Origin: Macrostomum lignano
Taxonomy: Eukaryota
Direction of reading: 5' to 3'
Length of the DNA stretch: 64,000 bases
Assembly (NCBI GenBank): GCA_002269645.1
Contig: NIVC01000701.1
Coordinates: 1 to 64,000 of the forward strand
Notes under the pieces: generated by a model
Databases searched by the model: none
Seen by the model: only the letters and a program-made list of their open reading frames with translations
What the model was told of the DNA's origin: nothing
In this document: positions 1 through 11,900 of the stretch, piece by piece
Layout of the letters: the number at the start of each line of letters is the position of its first letter
Position numbering within the stretch: the first letter of the stretch is position 1
Position numbers and translations under genes: made by a program

Positions 1-408
1 TGTTTTTTTCTAAATTCATATTGGTTGAATACACTTAGCTCGTAGCTATTCAAAGTAAATAAAATTATCTAGATTGTGTGCTGTGCTCTCTATTATTTTT
101 TCGAATTATTCCAGTCCTACATAGATCTAATTTCGTTTTGATGACTTACCAAAAAAGTTTATACTTTTTAAAACAGATTTATTATTCTCATTATAATTTA
201 GAAATATAGAACTATAATAATTGGCAATTGCAGTATTCAGCTCAGTCTGTTATATACAATTTCTCATTAATTGTATATTTATGCGAAACATGGAAACATT
301 TGAAATAATTTAATATTATTTGAAAATTAAAAAAATTCAATGAGCCCTCGATAAAACACAACTAACAAAGGGATATTTTTTCCAATTATCCTTGTGAAAT
401 TCTCCAAC
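1..408 (+). repeat. Left TIR, unique outer segment
   Basis: AT-rich sequence matching the reverse complement of 14336-14743 (e.g. tgtttttttctaaattcatat vs atatgaatttagaaaaaaca). Confidence 0.95.
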
Positions 409-3400
409 TGTGTTTGTGCTTATCAAGCTTGTGTCGATCTGGAAACAGTTTGCATGCCAAAGCGCAGTAGCACACTCGACTGTGTTTGTGTGCTTATCAA
501 GCTTGTGTCGATCTGGAAACAGTTTGCATGCCAAAGCGCAGTAGCACACTCGACTGTGTTTGTGTGCTTATCAAGCTTGTGTCGATCTGGAAACAGTTTG
601 CATGCCAAAGCGCAGTAGCACACTCGACTGTGTTTGTGTGCTTATCAAGCTTGTGTCGATCTGGAAACAGTTTGCATGCCAAAGCGCAGTAGCACACTCG
701 ACTGTGTTTGTGTGCTTATCAAGCTTGTGTCGATCTGGAAACAGTTTGCATGCCAAAGCGCAGTAGCACACTCGACTGTGTTTGTGTGCTTATCAAGCTT
801 GTGTCGATCTGGAAACAGTTTGCATGCCAAAGCGCAGTAGCACACTCGACTGTGTTTGTGTGCTTATCAAGCTTGTGTCGATCTGGAAACAGTTTGCATG
901 CCAAAGCGCAGTAGCACACTCGACTGTGTTTGTGTGCTTATCAAGCTTGTGTCGATCTGGAAACAGTTTGCATGCCAAAGCGCAGTAGCACACTCGACTG
1001 TGTTTGCGTGCTTATCAAGCTTGTGTCGATCTGGAAACAGTTTGCATGCCAAAGCGCAGTAGCACACTCGACTGTGTTTGTGTGCTTATCAAGCTTGTGT
1101 CGATCTGGAAACAGTTTGCATGCCAAAGCGCAGTAGCACACTCGACTGTGTTTGTGTGCTTATCAAGCTTGTGTCGATCTGGAAACAGTTTGCATGCCAA
1201 AGCGCAGTAGCACACTCGACTGTGTTTGTGTGCTTATCAAGCTTGTGTCGATCTGGAAACAGTTTGCATGCCAAAGCGCAGTAGCACACTCGACTGTGTT
1301 TGTGTGCTTATCAAGCTTGTGTCGATCTGGAAACAGTTTGCATGCCAAAGCGCAGTAGCACACTCGACTGTGTTTGTGTGCTTATCAAGCTTGTGTCGAT
1401 TTGGAAACAGTTTGCATGCCAAAGCGCAGTAGCACACTCGACTGTGTTTGTGTGCTTATCAAGCTTGTGTCGATCTGGAAACAGTTTGCATGCCAAAGCG
1501 CAGTAGCACACTCGACTGTGTTTGTGTGCTTATCAAGCTTGTGTCGATCTGGAAACAGTTTGCATGCCAAAGCGCAGTAGCACACTCGACTGTGTTTGTG
1601 TGCTTATCAAGCTTGTGTCGATCTGGAAACAGTTTGCATACCAAAGCGCAGTAGCACACTCGACTGTGTTTGTGTGCTTATCAAGCTTGTGTCGATCTGG
1701 AAACAGTTTGCATGCCAAAGCGCAGTAGCACACTCGACTGTGTTTGTGTGCTTATCAAGCTTGTGTCGATCTGGAAACAGTTTGCATGCCAAAGCGCAGT
1801 AGCACACTCGACTGTGTTTGTGTGCTTATCAAGCTTGTGTCGATTTGGAAACAGTTTGCATGCCAAAGCGCAGTAGCACACTCGACTGTGTTTGTGTGCT
1901 TATCAAGCTTGTGTCGATCTGGAAACAGTTTGCATGCCAAAGCGCAGTAGCACACTCGACTGTGTTTGTGTGCTTATCAAGCTTGTGTCGATTTGGAAAC
2001 AGTTTGCATGCCAAAGCGCAGTAGCACACTCGACTGTGTTTGTGTGCTTATCAAGCTTGTGTCGATCTGGAAACAGTTTGCATGCCAAAGCGCAGTAGCA
2101 CACTCGACTGTGTTTGCGTGCTTATCAAGCTTGTGTCGATCTGGAAACAGTTTGCATGCCAAAGCGCAGTAGCACACTCGACTGTGTTTGTGTGCTTATC
2201 AAGCTTGTGTCGATCTGGAAACAGTTTGCATGCCAAAGCGCAGTAGCACACTCGACTGTGTTTGTGTGCTTATCAAGCTTGTGTCGATCTGGAAACAGTT
2301 TGCATGCCAAAGCGCAGTAGCACACTCGACTGTGTTTGTGTGCTTATCAAGCTTGTGTCGATCTGGAAACAGTTTGCATGCCAAAGCGCAGTAGCACACT
2401 CGACTGTGTTTGTGTGCTTATCAAGCTTGTGTCGATCTGGAAACAGTTTGCATGCCAAAGCGCAGTAGCACACTCGACTGTGTTTGTGTGCTTATCAAGC
2501 TTGTGTCGATCTGGAAACAGTTTGCATGCCAAAGCGCAGTAGCACACTCGACTGTGTTTGTGTGCTTATCAAGCTTGTGTCGATCTGGAAACAGTTTGCA
2601 TGCCAAAGCGCAGTAGCACACTCGACTGTGTTTGCGTGCTTATCAAGCTTGTGTCGATCTGGAAACAGTTTGCATGCCAAAGCGCAGTAGCACACTCGAC
2701 TGTGTTTGTGTGCTTATCAAGCTTGTGTCGATCTGGAAACAGTTTGCATGCCAAAGCGCAGTAGCACACTCGACTGTGTTTGCGTGCTTATCAAGCTTGT
2801 GTCGATTTGGAAACAGTTTGCATGCCAAAGCGCAGTAGCACACTCGACTGTGTTTGTGTGCTTATCAAGCTTGTGTCGATCTGGAAACAGTTTGCATGCC
2901 AAAGCGCAGTAGCACACTCGACTGTGTTTGTGTGCTTATCAAGCTTGTGTCGATTGGAAACAGTTTGCATGCCAAAGCGCAGTAGCACACTCGACTGTGT
3001 TTGTGTGCTTATCAAGCTTGTGTCGATCTGGAAACAGTTTGCATGCCAAAGCGCAGTAGCACACTCGACTGTGTTTGCGTGCTTATCAAGCTTGTGTCGA
3101 TCTGGAAACAGTTTGCATGCCAAAGCGCAGTAGCACACTCGACTGTGTTTGTGTGCTTATCAAGCTTGTGTCGATCTGGAAACAGTTTGCATGCCAAAGC
3201 GCAGTAGCACACTCGACTGTGTTTGCGTGCTTATCAAGCTTGTGTCGATTTGGAAACAGTTTGCATGCCAAAGCGCAGTAGCACACTCGACTGTGTTTGT
3301 GTGCTTATCAAGCTTGTGTCGATCTGGAAACAGTTTGCATGCCAAAGCGCAGTAGCACACTCGACTGTGTTTGTGTGCTTATCAAGCTTGTGTCGATTTG

Positions 3401-6324
3401 GAAACAGTTTGCATGCCAAAGCGCAGTAGCACACTCGACTGTGTTTGTGTGCTTATCAAGCTTGTGTCGATCTGGAAACAGTTTGCATGCCAAAGCGCAG
3501 TAGCACACTCGACTGTGTTTGTGTGCTTATCAAGCTTGTGTCGATCTGGAAACAGTTTGCATGCCAAAGCGCAGTAGCACACTCGACTGTGTTTGTGTGC
3601 TTATCAAGCTTGTGTCGATCTGGAAACAGTTTGCATGCCAAAGCGCAGTAGCACACTCGACTGTGTTTGTGTGCTTATCAAGCTTGTGTCGATTTGGAAA
3701 CAGTTTGCATGCCAAAGCGCAGTAGCACACTCGACTGTGTTTGTGTGCTTATCAAGCTTGTGTCGATCTGGAAACAGTTTGCATGCCAAAGCGCAGTAGC
3801 ACACTCGACTGTGTTTGTGTGCTTATCAAGCTTGTGTCGATTGGAAACAGTTTGCATGCCAAAGCGCAGTAGCACACTCGACTGTGTTTGTGTGCTTATC
3901 AAGCTTGTGTCGATCTGGAAACAGTTTGCATGCCAAAGCGCAGTAGCACACTCGACTGTGTTTGTGTGCTTATCAAGCTTGTGTCGATCTGGAAACAGTT
4001 TGCATGCCAAAGCGCAGTAGCACACTCGACTGTGTTTGTGTGCTTATCAAGCTTGTGTCGATCTGGAAACAGTTTGCATGCCAAAGCGCAGTAGCACACT
4101 CGACTGTGTTTGTGTGCTTATCAAGCTTGTGTCGATCTGGAAACAGTTTGCATGCCAAAGCGCAGTAGCACACTCGACTGTGTTTGTGTGCTTATCAAGC
4201 TTGTGTCGATCTGGAAACAGTTTGCATGCCAAAGCGCAGTAGCACACTCGACTGTGTTTGTGTGCTTATCAAGCTTGTGTCGATCTGGAAACAGTTTGCA
4301 TGCCAAAGCGCAGTAGCACACTCGACTGTGTTTGTGTGCTTATCAAGCTTGTGTCGATCTGGAAACAGTTTGCATGCCAAAGCGCAGTAGCACACTCGAC
4401 TGTGTTTGTGTGCTTATCAAGCTTGTGTCGATCTGGAAACAGTTTGCATGCCAAAGCGCAGTAGCACACTCGACTGTGTTTGTGTGCTTATCAAGCTTGT
4501 GTCGATCTGGAAACAGTTTGCATGCCAAAGCGCAGTAGCACACTCGACTGTGTTTGTGTGCTTATCAAGCTTGTGTCGATCTGGAAACAGTTTGCATGCC
4601 AAAGCGCAGTAGCACACTCGACTGTGTTTGTGTGCTTATCAAGCTTGTGTCGATCTGGAAACAGTTTGCATGCCAAAGCGCAGTAGCACACTCGACTGTG
4701 TTTGTGTGCTTATCAAGCTTGTGTCGATCTGGAAACAGTTTGCATGCCAAAGCGCAGTAGCACACTCGACTGTGTTTGTGTGCTTATCAAGCTTGTGTCG
4801 ATCTGGAAACAGTTTGCATGCCAAAGCGCAGTAGCACACTCGACTGTGTTTGTGTGCTTATCAAGCTTGTGTCGATCTGGAAACAGTTTGCATGCCAAAG
4901 CGCAGTAGCACACTCGACTGTGTTTGTGTGCTTATCAAGCTTGTGTCGATCTGGAAACAGTTTGCATGCCAAAGCGCAGTAGCACACTCGACTGTGTTTG
5001 TGTGCTTATCAAGCTTGTGTCGATCTGGAAACAGTTTGCATGCCAAAGCGCAGTAGCACACTCGACTGTGTTTGCGTGCTTATCAAGCTTGTGTCGATCT
5101 GGAAACAGTTTGCATGCCAAAGCGCAGTAGCACACTCGACTGTGTTTGTGTGCTTATCAAGCTTGTGTCGATCTGGAAACAGTTTGCATGCCAAAGCGCA
5201 GTAGCACACTCGACTGTGTTTGTGTGCTTATCAAGCTTGTGTCGATCTGGAAACAGTTTGCATGCCAAAGCGCAGTAGCACACTCGACTGTGTTTGTGTG
5301 CTTATCAAGCTTGTGTCGATCTGGAAACAGTTTGCATGCCAAAGCGCAGTAGCACACTCGACTGTGTTTGTGTGCTTATCAAGCTTGTGTCGATCTGGAA
5401 ACAGTTTGCATGCCAAAGCGCAGTAGCACACTCGACTGTGTTTGTGTGCTTATCAAGCTTGTGTCGATCTGGAAACAGTTTGCATGCCAAAGCGCAGTAG
5501 CACACTCGACTGTGTTTGTGTGCTTATCAAGCTTGTGTCGATCTGGAAACAGTTTGCATGCCAAAGCGCAGTAGCACACTCGACTGTGTTTGTGTGCTTA
5601 TCAAGCTTGTGTCGATCTGGAAACAGTTTGCATGCCAAAGCGCAGTAGCACACTCGACTGTGTTTGTGTGCTTATCAAGCTTGTGTCGATCTGGAAACAG
5701 TTTGCATGCCAAAGCGCAGTAGCACACTCGACTGTGTTTGTGTGCTTATCAAGCTTGTGTCGATCTGGAAACAGTTTGCATGCCAAAGCGCAGTAGCACA
5801 CTCGACTGTGTTTGTGTGCTTATCAAGCTTGTGTCGATCTGGAAACAGTTTGCATGCCAAAGCGCAGTAGCACACTCGACTGTGTTTGTGTGCTTATCAA
5901 GCTTGTGTCGATCTGGAAACAGTTTGCATGCCAAAGCGCAGTAGCACACTCGACTGTGTTTGTGTGCTTATCAAGCTTGTGTCGATCTGGAAACAGTTTG
6001 CATGCCAAAGCGCAGTAGCACACTCGACTGTGTTTGTGTGCTTATCAAGCTTGTGTCGATCTGGAAACAGTTTGCATGCCAAAGCGCAGTAGCACACTCG
6101 ACTGTGTTTGTGTGCTTATCAAGCTTGTGTCGATCTGGAAACAGTTTGCATGCCAAAGCGCAGTAGCACACTCGACTGTGTTTGTGTGCTTATCAAGCTT
6201 GTGTCGATCTGGAAACAGTTTGCATGCCAAAGCGCAGTAGCACACTCGACTGTGTTTGTGTGCTTATCAAGCTTGTGTCGATCTGGAAACAGTTTGCATG
6301 CCAAAGCGCAGTAGCACACTCGAC
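409..6324 (+). repeat. 74-bp tandem array, 80 copies (inner part of left TIR)
   Basis: Unit TGTGTTTGTGTGCTTATCAAGCTTGTGTCGATCTGGAAACAGTTTGCATGCCAAAGCGCAGTAGCACACTCGAC. Copies are near-identical; the first lacks 2 nt and two units (at ~2955 and ~3842) lack 1 nt. Confidence 0.98.
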
Positions 6325-6518
6325 TGTGCTTATGTGCTTTATCAATCTTAATATGAACCTTCTCAGAGCAGGCTTCTTTTTAGTGTGTTTTTATCTAAAC
6401 TTCATTCTTTATACTGGTATTACAATTGGTTATTGTCAATTCTATTCCATGTAATTGGTTATTGTCATCACAAATCAGACAGCTTATTACTTTAAAAATT
6501 GTGGCCTTTTCTTTTCAG

Positions 6519-7355
6519 GCCTTTATCAAGTATCCGTTCGTTGTTTTTGAGGGCAACGGCCCTTTGCCTGACAATGCTCCCGAGCTCGATTTGGTTGTCG
6601 GCGTGTTGGTCGATGTTTCAGATGTTCGTGAAGCAGCAAAAGTATTGAATCTTGAATTGCAAAAGGCGCCGATTCGGTGTGTTCGAGGGATGGACGTGAA
6701 GTATCTTTCTGAAGATGGAATTGCCCTGGCACTTTTTAACGGCGTTGCCGTTTTCCGAAAGCGGCTGGTGGAAGGAGAGAACAGGTTAGATAAAACAAAA
6801 CGCTTACAGGCGGTTGAGGCTGGTCGTGTTTGGTTATTAGAGCAAAATTGGAAAATTTCACCTGGCAATTTTTCAGCGGATTATCTCGCCAAGGAGCACA
6901 TTGAAAAGGCCTTAAAGCATTTTGAGCTTGCGGCTTCTATGGCTTCACCTGAAATGGTGCGCAGCGTAACGTTTGGAATCATTTGTGCTCGACAAGCCTT
7001 GCATGATTTTGAAGCATGTCTTAAGGGCATTACTCCGAAAGTTGTTGATCAATGCTACGAGGAAAATGGTTCCTTGTATGCCAGTGCTGCAAATAGCGAC
7101 GTGCAGGATAAGGAAAAGAGGCGCAAGGAGGAGGAGGAGGAAGCAAAGCGCAAGGAGGAGGAAGCAAAGCGCAAGGAGGAGGAAGCGAAGCGCAAGGAGG
7201 AGGCGGGGGCGAAGCGTAGAGTTGCAGGAAAGCAAAGCATGGAGCAAGCAAAGAATTCAAAGGCTAGTTCCAGCACGAAGCGTACTCGTAAATGTATGAA
7301 TATAGTCAGCAAAGGCAGCACAACCCGGTCAAGTAAAAGGATACGACAAGATTGA
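6519..7355 (+). CDS. Second (accessory) gene of the foldback element; unknown protein with C-terminal charged AKRKEEE repeats and basic tail; 5' exon unresolved
   Basis: Strong acceptor ttttcttttcag|GCC at 6518, then 278 open codons of non-repetitive protein-like sequence to TGA at 7355. A phase-0 first exon from ATG 6353 to 6382 is possible. Confidence 0.7.
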   Translation, partial: AFIKYPFVVFEGNGPLPDNAPELDLVVGVLVDVSDVREAAKVLNLELQKAPIRCVRGMDVKYLSEDGIALALFNGVAVFRKRLVEGENRLDKTKRLQAVEAGRVWLLEQNWKISPGNFSADYLAKEHIEKALKHFELAASMASPEMVRSVTFGIICARQALHDFEACLKGITPKVVDQCYEENGSLYASAANSDVQDKEKRRKEEEEEAKRKEEEAKRKEEEAKRKEEAGAKRRVAGKQSMEQAKNSKASSSTKRTRKCMNIVSKGSTTRSSKRIRQD

Positions 7356-8589
7356 TCAATTTAATCTCCGGTGAGTTGCAAATATGCTTTAATTTTCAGG
7401 TATTGTAAACTGCAGTTTTTCTTTTAATGTTAACCGATTAGCTGTTAACTATGTAGTACAATAGGTTACGAAAAACTGTTTCCCTCTCATGGATGAAGAA
7501 ATATAATGGATTGCCAATCGGACCCAGTTACTTTTGGTTCTTCGTCGCTTTGTTTCCACTCCCCACAGTGCCTTTTCATTGTCTGAGAGCGGCTGGTCTT
7601 CGATTTTCTATCCTTGATTTTGGAATCATTGGAAAGCTAAATCTGAGTCCATTTCTCTAGTGCAAAGTCACGTGATGATGTATGGACGCATTGCCTCAGT
7701 CCATGAAAAAGCACGGAGGAGCGGAGGCAAAGCGGCTAAAAGCGAGAAAAGAACTGAGTTCGATTACAAATCCAGTCTATTCCATCATCGATGTTCCAGC
7801 TAAGTAAATACAGTTTGTCGACGACAGTCGGCAAAACATCACAAATGACAAACCCAATTTGATCATTCTTCATTTACCAAGTCCTGATTGCTACGAGTGA
7901 TACGGCTCGTATGAAAACTTTATTTACGAGATTTTGATGTACATCATTGCTAGAACATGTGTTTGTATAAGATTTACTAAAATCACGCCATCACAAAACC
8001 ATTCCAGTGCGACGATACGATGCGATGAGAAGTGTTACAAAAAAGCTACGATTCATCAGTTTTTTCTGGAATTAAAAACAATTGCAGCCATAACAAAAAC
8101 AAACCTTTGAAGTTTTGATTTGGGATTTGTGAAAGCCTCAGCGTTTGTTTGATAGTGCTATGAAAAACTATGGTTATTAATGCTTGAGTAATCGACTATC
8201 AAATTAAATTTTCATTCTTCCTAAAATTAAATATTCTTCTTAAGTTTTTTACCCCGCTTTTCATTTTTAATTAGCAATTTATAATAATATACATGATATT
8301 CTGCACATCTTGGTCTGTAGTCAATACAAAAAATGTGCGTCTATGGAAAGGAAAAGAGATACAAGTCCAATAACAATTCCTTCAAAAAATAACGATAATA
8401 GTAAGATTATAAGCACCTACCTACTGTTGTTAGTCTTTGTATTTCTTTAACTTTATTTTCCGTGATTCTTTAAACAAACTTTCACTTAAAAATCATAGTT
8501 CCGTGCTTCGTCAGACGTACGAATTGAAAAATTATTTACAAGGAACTCATAGGAGTAACTTTCGAAAACATGTATTGGCAAACTCTGAC

Positions 8590-8855
8590 CTCTGTCTCTG
8601 CCTCTCTCTACGTCCCTCGGATCCTTTAAAACTTTTATCTTCTCTTCTGTTTCCTATTTTCTCTCTCTCTCATCTCATCTCTTCTTTTATATCTTCTCTC
8701 TCCCCTGTTCTCTCGTCGATCTTCCCTCACCACCTCTCTTCTCTCTCGTCTCTACTCTCTCATATCTCCTTTTTTCCTCTTTCATCTCTCCCATCTCATC
8801 TGTTTTCTCCTCTCTCTCCTTCTCCCCTCTCTTCTCACTTCTCCTCTTCTCTCAC
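8590..8855. repeat. CT-rich low-complexity tract
   Basis: Degenerate (CT)n/(CTT)n run inside the element, just downstream of the transposase stop. Confidence 0.8.
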
Positions 8856-8960
8856 AGTAAAAATATGTATGAACTAACGGAGTTTTTTGACGAGGATCTG
8901 CCATTGAGTTTTTTCGTAAGTGATCATACATGCACAATGTTTTTCAACGAAACCGATCGT

Positions 8961-11900
8961 CTAATTGTTATTTGTTCTCGTAGCTCCGCACCCGCAAAAT
9001 CCAAGAGTGTAAATCAAAAGACTTGGTCTTCCCCGGCTCCTTTGGCGATTTTCCTTAGAAAAGTGAAGCTGTCCTAGTTCGCTTGATGCAGCATCATCAT
9101 AAATGTAACTAGAATCGCCTCGATTGAGACGCCCGAAGAAATGTCCTGTCACGGCTGTCGTACAGCAGAGATTGTAGCTGAAAAAAATTGGCAGGTACAA
9201 TGAGTGTAGGGCACACAAAACATGTTGAAAGAAGTACATGCATGTACTTCAAGATATGTTTCAATAGTAAGCCCCTTCAAATGTTCATAGGAGTACATCA
9301 GAGTTTGGTGGTGCGCACGATGAACACTTACACTACACAGTACTACTAATACTGGATAAAAACTTCAACAGTCCAAAGTCATCACACTTTCAAGAGCCAA
9401 AAATTCCTTACTGAATATTTCGCTCCTCTGGAAATGGATGCACGACGTCGTGTGGTGGAAGAATCTCCCGTCCGTTAGCTGCATCGGGGATGCCGATCAC
9501 CAAAACCGGTGGCGGGAAATTGACAAACCGAGGGTGGTGTACGTAAAGCGACGCATAATCGCAAGTACTGCATTCGACACATCTGTCACCCGAGGTAAAA
9601 AATTGCAGGAGAAAGTCCTCTGGAGACATAAAAGTCACATGGCTACTAAATGACGATAGACGTTCCGGCACGGGAAGAACGAGTTGATAAAAACGCCTCT
9701 CCTCGTTAGACGAGCAGTAAGGGCAAACAAAGCGTTGAGCGATTGCGACGATGTCTCCAAGCACCCAAGTACAGACATCCAGTGCTCCTTGGTACAGATT
9801 GATATCAATCTCTTTGGAAGTACTGGATCTACGCCTTGTGATGGCCCCATGTCGATGTAGTTCTAGACATCGCAATAGCAGCCTAGCTCGAGCGAAATGG
9901 GCGCTTTCTTGAGTAAATTATTGTACAGCTGCATGCAAAAAGTCCACCAACGGAGAAAAATTATCCGGAAGTTGCTGAACTGCTTGGCGAAAATGCTGAT
10001 CATCTCTCATTGCGAATGTGAGGGCCGTCAATAAGTGATCCACAGTGCATGCGTTGTACACATGAACTGTAAGTACTTCATCATTAAATGGAACCTTTCG
10101 AGAAGTTGAATAATTTTTCATTAGAGAAAAGTTACTTGATACCCGTAGAGATGGAGCACATACCGAAGCTCGTGCATTTAAGGTGGGACATGTTGAATAA
10201 CGAACTTTCCGCCTTTTGTTAGTGACGACAGAAAAATGAGAACGGTCATCTGTTATATTCTCTTCCTCCTCCATGGGAGTGAATGGACTTTCAGGTTTTC
10301 GCTGTACAGGCGGCCTTGAACTGTCGTAAGGCGGTCTTGACCTGTCAGGCGGCCGTGAACTGCCGCTGCCAGGCGGCCGTGAACTACCGCTGCCAGGCGG
10401 CCGTGAACTGGCGCTAACAGGCGGCCCTAAACTGCTGCTGCCCGGCGGCCCTGAAACGTCACTGACTGGCGGCCTTGAATTGCCGCTGCCAGGCGGCCGT
10501 GAACTGGCGCTAACAGGCGGCCGTGAACTGTCGTCAGGCGGCCCTGAACTGCCGCTGCCCGGCGGCCCTGAAACGCCACTGACTGGCGGCCTTGAACTGC
10601 CGCTGCCAGGCGGCCGTGAACTTCCGCTAACAGGCGGCATTGAACTGTCGGCTGGAGGCATTGAACTGTCGTCAGGCGGCACTGAACTGTCGGCTGGAGG
10701 CATTGAACTGTCGTCAGGCGGCACTGAACTGTCGGCTGGAGGCATTGAACTGTCGTCAGGCGGCATTGAACTGCCGACAGGCGGCATTGTACTGCCGGCA
10801 GGCGGCACTGAACTGCCGGCAGGCGGCATTGTACTGTCGTCAGGCGGCCCTGAACTGCCGCTGCCCGGCGGCCCTGAAACGCCACTGACTGGCGGCCTTG
10901 AACTGCCGCTGCCAGGCGGCCGTGAACTGTCGTCAGATGGCCCCGAACTGTCATTTATCTCCGAACTGCCTTCTGATTCATCAAGACATTGATAATCTCG
11001 CTGTTGCATAAAAACTCCGAGAGGACGCAGAAATTGATTGTAGGTTCCAGGAAGAACACTGTGCAGTTTCCTGATGAAAACGTGTGTGCTTAAGCAATGC
11101 CCCTCGAGTAGATGGTTTGTTACTATTCCGACACAGCGCTCTGTTCCTCCTTCTTGAAAGCAATGTGTCGAGCGATCGACAACGGAAAAACTCTCCTCGC
11201 GAGCATATCTGCACGGCTCTGACATGATGCTCGTAAAAAGTGGCAAATACGGCAACATAACGTCGAAAAGCTTGCGTGACAATTCAGGGCAGTAAAATGG
11301 ATTAGGCATAGAGCGAAAGTTTTCTACTGCGGAAGCAGAAAATTTATTCTCCAGGTCCTGATGCACTTCCTGGAACATCTGCCAAAACGGTGATGACCTT
11401 TTGATTGTTTCGTCTGGCTTTGCGTACAGCCATTCCTCTCGAGGAATAAATTCTCCGCTTTCATTCAGCTCGCCGGCGATGGTAGCATCCAAATACACTT
11501 TTGGAGATACTGCTTCACCTTCAATCCGTAGTTCTTCTATTGGAGCACTCATTTCCTCCAATGTCGGTGCAAGAAGAACAGCAAAAAAGGCTGTAACAAT
11601 GTTCTTAGTCTCGCTGAGACTGGTTGAATGCACTAGAGAACGAAATGCGTCTTTCCAAAAGAGCGAAATTCGATTGTCGCGACAAGCCTTAACAACGGAC
11701 CAGCTGCAAAACTCGTGAACGATATGGCTTCTACCAAGTCCGACGAGTGGAAATTTACGCAGCTCCCGTACTGAAAATGAACGACGAAGAATGGAACAGC
11801 ATAGTCTCAGAAATGGGAGAATGTCCATTCCATGAAGACCGTAGATAAGAGCAGACAGACTTGGAATGTTGAAGTCTGTGACTGCCTGCCGAACTACGAG

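Noticed and set aside
409-6324. CRISPR array or multicopy small-protein genes (66-68-aa ORFs)
   Set aside because: Units are contiguous with no unique spacers, there are no cas genes and the context is eukaryotic. The ORFs are artefacts of a 74-bp period (three units between stops).
8865-9077. Plus-strand 70-aa ORF
   Set aside because: Antisense to the protease His/Asp-box exon, which explains the region better.
9240-9362. Alternative protease exon (FYPVLVVLCSVSVHRAHHQTLMY) via a weak AAG acceptor
   Set aside because: The 9177 acceptor (ttttttttcag) is stronger, phase-compatible, and gives far better GHF/YDD/LLIY motifs.
10427-10992. Overlapping 175-, 170- and 82-aa ORFs
   Set aside because: Alternative frames of the coding minisatellite in the transposase linker.
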